Translations under genes and position numbers: made by a program | Shown: positions 37,829-48,809 of the stretch, piece by piece | Position numbering within the stretch: position 1 is the stretch's first letter | Layout of the letters: every line of letters starts with the position of its first letter | The notes under the pieces: generated by a model | Database searches by the model: none | What the model saw: the letters and a program-made list of their open reading frames with translations, nothing else | Told to the model about the DNA's origin: nothing | Source of the DNA: Octopus bimaculoides | Taxonomy: Eukaryota | DNA length: 64,000 bases | Direction of reading: 5' to 3' | Assembly: GCF_001194135.2 (NCBI RefSeq) | Contig: NC_068989.1 | Coordinates: 33,164,094-33,228,093 of the forward strand

Positions 37829-40725
37829 TCATCATCATCATCATCATCATCATCGTCATTTAACGTCCACTTTCCATGCTGGCATGGATTGGACGGTTTG
37901 ACTGAGGGCTGGCAAGCCACAAGGCTGTACCAGGCTCCAATCTGATCTGACAAAGTTTCTACAGCTAGATGCCCTCCCTAATGCCAACTACTCCAGGAGT
38001 GTAGTGGGTACTTTTTACATGCCACAGGCATGAAAGCCAGTCAGGCAGTACTGGCATCAACCATGCTTGAATGGTACATTTTACATGCCACCAGCATGGA
38101 GCCAGTCAGGTGAAACTGGCAATGATCATGTTTGAATGGTGCTTTTTATATGCCACCGGCACTGGAGCCAGTCAGTCGGAACTGGCATCAACCATGCTCG
38201 AATGGTGCTTTTTACATGCCACAAGCACAGGAGCCAGTCAAGTGACACTGGCAACAATCACGCTCAAATGGTGCTTTTTACATGCCAATCAGGCTGCACT
38301 GGCATTGACCACGCTCAATTGGTGCTTTTTATGTGCCACTGGCACAGGTGCCAATCAGGCGGTACTGTCATCAGCCATGACAATGACTTCACCAGGTCTT
38401 CACAAGCGCAGTTTACTGCTCAATGATTGAAGGGTACTCTTAAATGGACCGATTATGCTGCACAGGCATAAGCCATGGTTACGGTCTCACTTGGCTTGCC
38501 AGATCTTCTCAAGCACTGCATATCTCCAAAGGTTTTAGTCACTTGTCGTCACCTCTGTGAGGCCCAACATTCAACGGCCATGCTTCACCACCTCATCCCA
38601 GGTCTTCCTGGGTCTACCTCTTCCACAGGTTCCCTCTACTGCTACGGTGTGACACATTTTCACACAACTGTCCTCATCCATATGCCCATACCAGTGCAGT
38701 CGTCTCTCTTGCACACCACATCTGATGCTTCTTATGCCCAACTTTTCTCTCAGGGCACTTACACTCTGTTGTGTATGCACACTGACCTTACACATCCAGC
38801 GGAGCATACTAGCTTCATTCCTTGCAAACTTACACAAAGCCTCAGCAGTCATGGCCCATGTTTCACAGTCATGTAGCAAAACTGTTCGCACACATGCGTC
38901 ATAAAGTCTACCTTTTTCTCAGAGTGAGAGGCACTTTGTCACCAGCAGAGGTAGGAGCTCTCTGAACTTTGCCCAGGCTATTCTTATTCTAGCATCTACA
39001 CTTGTGGGAGAATTCACCCCGACTACTGACTTGGTCACCTAGGTAACAGAAGCTATCAACTACTTCTAGCTTTTCCCCCTGGCATGTGATGGAAGCTGTT
39101 TTCTGCATATTTTCGGTGTTTATTGCCCCTGAGCATTTGCCACACACAAAAACTATCTTCCCAGTTAGCCTTCCTTTGATATTGCTGCACCTCTTATGTG
39201 TACCTCTTATGGGTACATCTTATGGAGTTTCTATGCCTTTTCTACAGATCGAGCAAGGCCATCTACCTGAAGGCATTTGTAATTTGTTTGCCTTCCTACT
39301 TATTAAGACTTTGGTTTTTTTCTAGATTGACTCTAAGGCCCTTTGATTCTAGACCTTGCTTCCACACCTGAAACTTCTCTAGTTCTGCTAGTGACTCAGC
39401 TATTAAAGCAATGTCATCAGCATAGAGGAGCTCCCAGGGGCATCCTGTCTTGAATTCTTCTGTTACTGCCTGGAGGACTATGATGAATAAGAGGGGGCTG
39501 AGGACTGATCCTTGGTGGACCCCTACCTAGAATTCTTCACTATACTCGTTGCCAGCCCTCACCTTACTGACAGCATCCTTGTACATGGCTTGTACAGCTC
39601 TCATGACCACCAGATAAGGGAACGAGGGACTTGTCAAAAGCTTTCTCCATGTCAATGAATACCATGTACAAAGGTTCATCTTTGGCTAGGTATTTCTCCT
39701 GCAGCTGTCTTACCAGAAATATAGCATCAGTGGTGCTTTTCCCTGGCACAAACCCAAACTGCATCTCATCTAAACTAACTCTCTCTCTACTTAGTTGGGC
39801 TATGACATTCTCCGTGACTTTCATTACCTGATCCAACAACTTGATATCTCTGTAATTATTCATATCTAATGCATCACCTTTACCTTTGTAGCAGTTGACT
39901 ATGGTGCTGCTACACCAGTCATAGAGTATGACTCCTTCATGTATCACCTGATTGACTATACAGGTGACTAGACTATAGCCAACACCGACAGATATTTTAA
40001 GCATTTCTGCAGTGATTCTTGGTGGGCTGGGAGCCTCCTCTGTCTTCATACCCTTAATTGCTTTATCTACCAAGGTACAGTCAATTTGGATAGCTGGTCC
40101 CTCTGTTGGGTCGACATTCAGCAGACTCTCTTTCTCCCATTCATTCTCTTCATTTAGCAACCTTTCATAGTGGCGTCTCCAAGTCTCTCTCTTTGCAGCC
40201 TTGTCTAGTGCAAGTGAACCATAATCCATGCAGACACATTTCTCTCCTATGACATCATGATTCTCTCTCACACGCTGTCTTGCAACATGAAACACTTCAA
40301 GTATTTGCTCCTCACGGCACAGAACATTAACAAATTTTTTTTCTTATCTGCTTCCCCTCTGGCTAAGTAAACCTGGCTCCTAGCCTCCCTTCCGGCAATC
40401 TGATATAATTCCCTGCTACCACCGTTCTTCCAGTCCTTCCATGCCTGTTTCTTTTCCCTAATGGCCCTGTCAACTACATTGTTCCACCACCACGTTACCT
40501 TGGGTCGAGAGGGGCCTTTGCACCATCCACAGATCTGGTCAGTAGCCCTCAACAGGTTATCTCGTAGGAACCTCCTGTTGTCTTCCACATCATGTGATGC
40601 TATGTCCCTTTCTATTTCATCAAAAGCTTTGAGTAATACGTCTCTAAATCTCTGAGAGTAATGTTTCTGCTTACTCCTATTTAAATGTGTCAGATCTGAA
40701 GAAAGCCTGTGTGTTTTCATGTGTC
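37829..40725 (-). mobile_element. 5'-truncated RTE-clade LINE (most of the RT, 3'UTR with 66-bp tandem array, (GAT)n tail)
   Basis: NYRDIKLL, FGFVPGKSTTDAIF, DMEKAFD, GVHQGSVLSPLLF, LLYADD, GRGRPRKTW; frameshifted. Confidence 0.93.
38008..38390. repeat. Tandem array of about six 66-bp units in the RTE 3'UTR
   Basis: Unit ggtgctttttacatgccaccggcacaggagccagtcaggcggcactggcatcaaccacgctcgaat (approximate consensus). Confidence 0.85.
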
Positions 40726-41468
40726 AAGTTAGATGTAGAGGTGGTACGGTGCTCATGCAACTCAGTGACCACTTTTTTGCAGGCTATGATCAAGGTGAAA
40801 GGTGGTCATTTTGAAATGTAATTACTGCAATGGATTGACAATTTACATTAGAACATGTATGCCATATTTCATTATCCTACCTTAAGTTTATTTTGAATAA
40901 TTAAGAATTATCAATGGGTAAATCTTTCTGGGACACCCTGTATATGTGTGTATGCGTGTGCAGGCCTTTGTGTTTATGCTGTCCTCCACCACCACTTAAC
41001 AACCTGTGTATGTCCCCTGTAACTTAGCAGTTTGGTGAAAGAGACTGACAGAATAAGTGCCAGGCCTAAAAAAATAAGTACTAGTGTTGATCCGCTCAAC
41101 TAAAATTCTTCAAGGCAGTGCCCCAGCATGGCTGCAGTATAGTGACTGAAAGAAGTAAAAGATAAAAGCAAATCTCACAATATTATATAATTCAAGATAG
41201 CAAGGGAATATGAACCAAAGCTGGAACTTTTATATAACTCTTTCAGCTATTCAATATAACAGCTAAATTTCTCTTGTGAATTTTTACCAACTTTACAATT
41301 GAGACACTGATTTTTAAGTCCTGATTCTGAGCACATCAGGACATAAAAATGTGGTACCATATTAAGAACACTAATCAAACAATGAAGTTCAACAAAACTG
41401 CTATACCCACAGGTTTGTTCATCAAATAAAGGTGGCTAGATTTACTCAACAACAAATGGCAAGAACTA

Positions 41469-41636
<168 letters not shown>

Positions 41637-43779
41637 TTACATAAAAAGTCATAGTGTTATATTTTTCATCAGATTAACAGTGAAATAGATTAATGCTAAT
41701 ACATTTCCTTAAAGATTCAATAGGAAAAACAAATAGCTTTAAAGTCATTAACACTTATAATAATTTTTGATGATTGATATAAAAAGAAAGAGGAAATAAT
41801 GAAGCTAAGAAAAAAATGCAACTTCCTTTCTGAGAACAAATACCAATATGGCAGTTAGGTTTTTCCAGTTTGAATGCCAGACATGCAAAACAGGGTTTGT
41901 TTATATTTTTCAAATGTAATTCTTTCAAAATAGCTTAAAACTAATATATATGCTATTTATGTTTACATTAAATAGTGTCAAAGATCTAAGACTGAATATT
42001 AAATTGTACTTAACGTTTATTCCATTCGTGATGAACACAGTTTCATCAGATTTGGCCATTTACAAGTTTCTTGTACAGAAAGATGCCTTTTCAGTTAAGA
42101 ACTAAGAAGTAGAAGCGATTTTTTTTTCTCAACAAGACAAACTGAGATAAACAGTTATGTGCTTTTCCTAGGGGTACAATACGACAACTGTAACCATGAA
42201 GCCAGTAGTCTTACACCTTAACCTCACAACCACTAAGAAAAATGTTATATGCAACACTATCTAATATATATACAGTAGTATGAGAGGCTCAATAAGATAT
42301 CTGATAATTTTTTCTTGTCACATAAGCTGGTAACAAGACACTTTAAACCTTATGGTATTTAACTCATGTTGGATCAGTTTATTTAAATATATAAAAATAC
42401 TACAGAGATGATTATAACAGTGAAAGAATAATAAATATTTTATCAGTTTATAATGAATGCCAAGTTCAAATGCTCTTATTAATTATCAGAAAAAAAAATG
42501 GTAATGCCAAGAGCATGATTATTCAAGATAAAGTGTAAATGTTATGGGAATGATAAAACACACTTTTATCATAATAATAGTAATAATGTAAATCAATAAT
42601 AGTAATAATGTAAAAATGATGTTGATTATTTATCTAATAATAAAGATGTTTAACTTTGTTTAATTTTGTGTGATGACCGCCAAATGAAATGACTCTAGTA
42701 GGATTTGAATATTGACACATGATTGCAAATTTGTAATAGCTAATAAGAATCACATTCAATCAACAATAAACCTTCTTAAAAATGCATACAGATGTTAATT
42801 GTGAACTTAGGTTTCTACCTATCTCATGGAATATATACTTAGTTTAAAATATAAAGGAGTTAAACTGAAGATGAATTGGAACAGTATTAATTCTGCCAAA
42901 ACATACAAGGGGAATAGGCAAGTTTGCCATTTATGTACATATGAAGCACTGTAAATCATTTGTTAAATATGTGAAGAGAAATAATTAATTGTAAAGCACA
43001 ACTCATAATGAGGACATACATTAATATACTTGCTATTCCTTATTTCTTTCTTCTCCTCCTTTTCTTATTTTGATTGCAACAATCAAGAATGGAATGACTT
43101 TAAGTGAATCATGCATGCAAAGGATGGAAAATTGTATGGATCAATAACCAATGTTTCCTTTCATTACAGGTTACAAATCAATGACTAATACCAAAATATT
43201 TTTATAAGTGAACTTCTCTACAGTTAAATTCAAACCAGAACTATCTCTTTGAAGCTTATTGTGTTCTTTAAAACACTACATCTATAAAGGAATCTTTTTT
43301 CCAGATGACCACTGCTGCCTCTGTTTACGCATATGGCATATTTAACATGTTAAATATGCCATATGCATAAACATTTAAATCTAGAGCTGTTTCTATTACA
43401 TAATTTGATTTTATTCAGCCTAGCAATCTCTTTGCTAGGCCAATGCATTGTTTATTCAACATTTCTCTATATTTCAGACTGACTGAGGAGACTTTGTGTT
43501 GGAAGTGCATAACATTGACAAGTGGAAAAAATGGTGAAATCCACTTTCACAGTTGCTTCCAGGATGATTTTTTGCTTTGTCTACCTCTGATGTACATTGT
43601 GTTTTTAACACAGTGTCTTTAAAGGAATCTTTCATGAGATGCCCACTGCAGCCTCTAACTTTTCAGTTACATACATACATTAGTATGTCATATAGATAAA
43701 AATTTTTATCTAGAGTTCTATTGTACAATTTGAATATATACATATGCATGCATGCACACACACACACTTTTCCAACATA

Positions 43780-44000
43780 TATTCTTTTCTACTCTAGGCA
43801 CAAGACCTGAAATTTTGGGGGAGGGGGGGCCAGTTGATTAGATCAACCCCAGAATGCAACTGGTACTTAATTTATTGACCCCAAAAGGATGAAAGGCAAA
43901 GTCGACCTCAGCGGAGTTTGAACTCAGAGCGTATAGTCAGATGAAATACTGCTAAGCATTTCACCTGGTGTGCTAACATTTCTGCCAGCTCGCTGCCTTA
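43780..44000 (-). mobile_element. tRNA-derived SINE, near full length
   Basis: Head aaggcagcgagctggcagaaatgttagc, B-box gagttcaaactcc, tail ending tagagtagaaaaga. Confidence 0.8.
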
Positions 44001-44187
44001 CTTATCCAACATATACTGATCTACAATTTTACAAGCTGAACATCAACTACATTAATTTCAGTATCTTGTGAGGGCCTCCAAACTTATAGGCCCCCACCAT
44101 TTCTTCTGATTATCTTATAAAAAGAAATAACAGAAAACTTTATAAAGATCTAGTGCAAAAAAAAATATCTAATGGGAAGGACTCTTG

Positions 44188-45162
44188 TATTACATGGAAA
44201 AATGCGAGCAAGAGAAATAATATTCTTAAATTTATAAACCTGGAAAAGTACAGGACAAAAATACAGAACAAGAAAATTTCTACTTTAAAACATTGCAGCT
44301 AAGGATAAAATTTCAAATAAAATATTTAGATTTAGAAAATATTAGCTTTTATTAAAACTAAAAATTTTATTACAAGTTATTACTTCAGTTCTATATTTAA
44401 GAGATGAGGAATTATGTATATTATTTACATTCGACGGATATTTGTCCTCATCTTGTTTGTTCTTAAAGGCTGGAGGGTATATCAGCCGAAACATTGTATT
44501 AACAACAAACAAGATGAGGACAAATATCCGTCGAATATAAATAATGTAAGTTATTACTTCTATTTGTTATTACTTGTTACTTCTATTAAAAATAATAAAT
44601 AATTCAATAGAAATATTTTTTTAATTATTAATTAGAATATTAATTTAATTAATAATTAGAAAGTTGAAAATAGGTTATAAAAAATAATAGTAGTACATAA
44701 TTAGTTAGTACAATAAATTAGTTATATATTACAGTAAAATCTACCTATAACAACAAATTCACAGTAAAATTTGCTTCAGTTATTGCCTAAGTCTTCACAT
44801 TTTTTCACATTTTTACATAATGAATTTGCCTACCATATATACTATTTACTTTGCATAAAACTTTAGTTATATTGGTACTTTTGGATCTCATTTTTTGAGT
44901 ATTCTAGTGTGTCGATATTTTACCAAAATGATCGTACCTTTTTTAATTATACTGTTACGTTGTAAATTGAAGTCAAATGATTTTTAATATTCAAATTTTA
45001 TCCTTAGCTGCAATATTTGAAGTAAAAATTTTCTTATTCTGTATTTTACCAGATGTAATAAGTTGTCCTTAACTTTTCCAAGTTTAATAACTTATCCTGT
45101 ACTTTTCCAGGTTTATAAGTTTAAGAATATTATTTCTCTTGCTTACATTTTTCCATGTAATC
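44188..45162. mobile_element. Foldback/MITE-like element with long inverted arms
   Basis: Arm 44188-44325 is the reverse complement of 44985-45162; the right arm has an extra insert of about 45 bp. Confidence 0.7.
44387..44547. mobile_element. Penelope pseudo-LTR-derived mini-foldback with 13-bp TSD
   Basis: Inverted arms acattcgacggatatttgtcctcatcttgtttgt; aggctggagggtatatcagccGAAAC retained; AAGTTATTACTTC on both sides. Confidence 0.8.
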
Positions 45163-45319
45163 CATGTTTTTTCCAAGCTATGCTATTATGCTAATTAATA
45201 ATATGTCAATTTTTTCTTCTATATTTAATTTGAGCTTCAGCATGTTTTTTTTTCTTCATTTCTTCTTCGTCCAATTGATTACCTCCCCCCCCCACCTTAT
45301 TATTATTATTATTATTATT

Positions 45320-45676
45320 TTTTTATGTTTGACTTTTGCTTTGCATTTGTACAAGTTGGATTCAAGTCTCACCCAGAGACCTCAAAAGACAACAAGTTAG
45401 AAGTTCATGTAGGTGTTATGCCTAGGGTACCATATATTTGGATTTGTACATAGTGTTGTTCTAGAGAATGTTTAAGAAACCATAAGAAAATTGTGTGTTT
45501 GTTTTAAAATTTGAGATCACATAGACACAATTTTACGTAGGATATGGGCAGTTCCCATGAGCACTATCTTTTGAACTTCAGCCATTTTAGGGTTTCCTGG
45601 TATCTGAGCTAGGTAGTAATCAGCCCGTTTCGCTGTCATTCCCAGGGCACCTATGACAATAGGTATTGTTTTAGTC

Positions 45677-45677
<1 letters not shown>
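45320..45677 (-). mobile_element. 5'-truncated R4/Dong-like (RLE-type) non-LTR element inserted in (TAA)n
   Basis: TIPIVIGALG...VQKIVLMGTAHILRK is typical of an RLE endonuclease C-terminus; followed by a 3'UTR; (TAA)n on both flanks. Confidence 0.75.
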
Positions 45678-45707
<30 letters not shown>

Positions 45708-45839
45708 CCTTTTTATTAATCCCAGGCCCCGGATTCAATTCTACCCCACCAATAATGAGTAACAGCAAAATTAAAGCATGCAAGCAGTATTTATTATAAA
45801 AAAACTGAGTGCTTGTTTTGTGTTAATATATAATTATTA

Positions 45840-46842
45840 TGTAGTGAAACCTCTCTCTCGGGTATTTATTTACGAATGATAACGTAGCGGCTAACATCTA
45901 GCCTTCAGCTGTTTGGACCGCTGTGTCCATCACCCTGATTGGCTCTTATTTGCGCGGCATTTGTCAACAGTTCTGTTTCGCGCCAGGGTGCATATCAACC
46001 AATCGTGGCCTTCAGTTAAGGTCACGTGAGAGAGTGTTTTCCTGCTGTTTGTGGAGCCCCTGTTTTATCTATAAATAGCCCTGCTTCATCCACGCCAGTT
46101 TGTCTTTGATTTCAGACCTCTCACAGGTCTGGTCATTTGACCACACACCAACCAGCCAGTTTCCAGTGACGACGTCAACACCACCAATCTACTGTCTTCT
46201 ACAGTTCCGTCGCAAGCGCCAACACCACCACCAGAGTACACGTACCAACAGCAACCGCGGTTCCATCTCAACACTGTTTGTGTGGATTGTTTCCACCTCG
46301 AAAATAACAGCCAGAACAACCTGTGAGAATCTTCTGTACTAAGTAACCGGTCGCAGCATCAACGCTCAACTTCACACACATGTGACACCTCAGCTCTGCT
46401 TTTTGGCCACGACCTCTTGTGTACGGACATTCTACCTACTGCATAACTCTTCTATGAACTGGTACTTTCTTATCTTTGTGTTCAAGACTCTTATAGTCTA
46501 TGTTACAGACACTTATTCCATGCTCTGTATTTCTCATTCACACACAAACACATATTATGTATACCTACTATTGTTCATACAACAGCCTGTCTTATGTATT
46601 GTATTACTTATATTGCCGCATGCACGCACACACAAACACACAGTTGACTACCCTAATAAAACCTACTCTTTATATATCTAATGGTTGTCTCTCTCTCGTT
46701 CCTTGCTGGCACTTGCTTGCATCTCACATGCGAGCCCTCTTATGTTAAATTACATGTTTTGTGTCGACCGTGTGACACGTTAAAAGGAGCCTGTTTCCAC
46801 ACGTTGCCATTCTCCTTTGGTTCGCACGGTCGTTCTACTACA
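45840..46842 (+). mobile_element. Solo LTR (1003 bp)
   Basis: TGTAGT...ACTACA inverted termini, ATTA 4-bp TSD, TATAAATA at 46070, AATAAA at 46655, CpG-rich relative to the flanks. Confidence 0.88.
45938..46077 (+). promoter_or_regulatory. LTR U3 promoter module (CCAAT boxes, E2F-like site, E-box, TATA)
   Basis: ATTGG 45938, TTTCGCGC 45976, CCAAT 45999, CACGTG 46023, TATAAATA 46070. Motif matches only; activity is untested. Confidence 0.55.
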
Positions 46843-47036
46843 ATTATATTGAAACAAATTACAACAAAAAAATAAACGTGCAAAAAAAAATGTGATAATT
46901 CATCTTAAAAATATACTCTTAATAAAAATTAATCAAGAAACTAATTCTAATATAAAGAATATTTTCAAGATAAAAAAAAACTTTTTATAAATTGCAGAAG
47001 AAATCGTACTATGAGCTATATAGTAAGAAGCCTAGT

Positions 47037-47391
47037 TGTGGCACTCCATCGGTTATGACAACAAAGGTTCCATTTGATCCGATCAACGGAACAACCTGCT
47101 TATGAAATTAATGTGCAACTGGCTGAGCATTCCACAGACACTTGTATCCTTAATGTAATTCTCAGGGAGATTCAGCGTGACACAGAGTGTGACAAGGCTG
47201 GGGAGAAAGAAAGTTGTGGTGAAAGTGTACAGTGGGGTTCGCCACCCCCACCCACCCCTGCTGGAGCCACCAGGAGCTTTAGGTGTTTTCACTCAATAAA
47301 CACTCACAATGCCCTGTCTGGGAACTGAAACCGTGATCCTACAACTGTGAGTCCACTGCCCTAACCACTGGGCCATTGTGCCTCCAACAAC
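47037..47391 (-). mobile_element. Full-length tRNA-derived SINE with 9-bp TSD
   Basis: Head ggaggcacaatggcccagtggttagggcag; AAGCCTAGT at 47028-47036 and 47392-47400. Confidence 0.82.
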
Positions 47392-48690
47392 AAGCCTAGT
47401 AAGAAGGGAGACAAAAAATGAAAAATTGAGCAATTAACTGGCAACTGATTAAAATACGAATGTAGATTGTCAATGAAATTATGAATGTGAATGATTTATG
47501 TGTGTGTAAATTTTATTTTTTAATTGAAATACAAAAACAATATAAAAATATTTAATATAATTAGACGAAAACTATGAAATTCCTTGCAGTGTCATTGATA
47601 ATTTTTTTCCTTACCTCAATGATGCTGGTGGCATATATAAAAAGTCCACTTAGAATAAAAAAGTATGGAATAATATTATCACCCTCAAATTAGAGAAACA
47701 AATACTAATAACTTTTTCTTTTAGAACTTCATTGCATGAGATTGATACCATGAAATTCCTCGAATTGAGCTCTACCATTTAAGCTTAATTAAAATATCGG
47801 TTGTTTTTAAAATATAAAAGTTATTTATACTTGAATCCAATTTTTTTGCCTTACTTATATTTTTTTCGTGATATTTTACATCACAACTTTTTTTATACAA
47901 ATTTTTGTTGTAGGGGACAAAAACTATGAAAATCTTCATGCTTTCTTTTATCATTAAAGCTAAGATAAATATATTTTTCTTTTAAAATAAAAAGATATTT
48001 AGATCTAAACTTGACTAGTGGCGTTACTTACTCTCCTATAATGTTGCTACAAATTTTGACATAAACCTTTTTCAGCTTGACCAAATCTCAATTTTTTTAA
48101 TGCCAAAATGTAGCTAGGGACCAGTCCTCTTCAAAAATGTTAAAATTACAGCCTTAAGAATATTATTCAACTACTACCATAGTAGAATGATTAGTTGAAC
48201 AGGAGCTGAATGTTTAAATACTATGCTAAACTACTGACAACCATTGAAAAATGAAAGACAAAACCTGGTAACAAAAAATAAAATTAACATAGGACCCAAG
48301 TTTACTAATTGTAATTTACTACTAAATTTAACTAAATAATCATAACAAGCATAATTTGTTTCTCCCTAAGTTCAAGGCAAATTTTTCTGAAAAGTAAGGT
48401 ATAAACTGCTTTTACTTAGTTTATCAAGAACTTTGGATTAATACAAAACATATTATTAAACAAATAAGGATACATCTAATATACTCCTTTTATTTTGTTA
48501 TATAATTTAAAGAAATATTTAATCTGGAATGTATTTTGTATTATTAGAAAATATATCGAGAAAATATTGTTTCTACGTAACTAATGTGTGTAAACATACC
48601 ATGAAGTATATAATATGCTAAATAGAGCCTTACCTGCATACTAAAAAAAAAGAAGTAATAATTAAATAAGTAATAATTGTTGAAGGATAT

Positions 48691-48809
48691 GAAAACCGAT
48701 CATTCCATATTGACCTGGCAACTTGTCCACAGGTTATCACTCCACGTACTGTCTCTAACAGGATTTGCCAGGTAGCATTAAAGTCAACCTTCCTTGGCTT
48801 CAGTGACAT
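48691..48809 (-). CDS. CUL2: Cullin-2, first coding exon (119 nt; MSLKPRKVDFNATWQILLETVRGVITCGQVARSIWNDRFS)
   Basis: Translation matches the CUL2 N-terminus as I recall it (human MSLKPRVVDFDETW...WNDRFS). ATG at 48809, preceded by a pyrimidine tract and TTCAG acceptor (exon start about 48825, short 5'UTR). The exon ends at an ATATCCTT U12 donor. Confidence 0.96.

Larger units (their letters stand above)
36423..40940 (+). mobile_element. Tc1/mariner maT-like element (decayed) containing a LINE fragment and an RTE insertion
   Basis: TA-flanked TIRs CAGG(A/G)TGTCC(T/C)AGAAAGATTTACCC. Transposase remnants VLIWSNEK...NRQNDR...KPASLMVW, FTQNRAPAH, and C-terminus AMIKVKGGHFEM*. Confidence 0.88.
36260..41168 (+). 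mobile_element. tRNA-derived SINE split by a nested transposon (head 36260-36420, tail 40943-41168)
   Basis: Both halves match the intact copy at 52577-52983, and the maT-like element sits exactly in the TA/TG middle. Confidence 0.75.

Noticed and set aside
38008-38430. CRISPR-like regular array and the 22-aa-periodic ORFs over it (also 53196-53429)
   Set aside because: The units are contiguous degenerate tandem repeats without unique spacers, lie in an RTE 3'UTR, and the context is eukaryotic with no cas genes.
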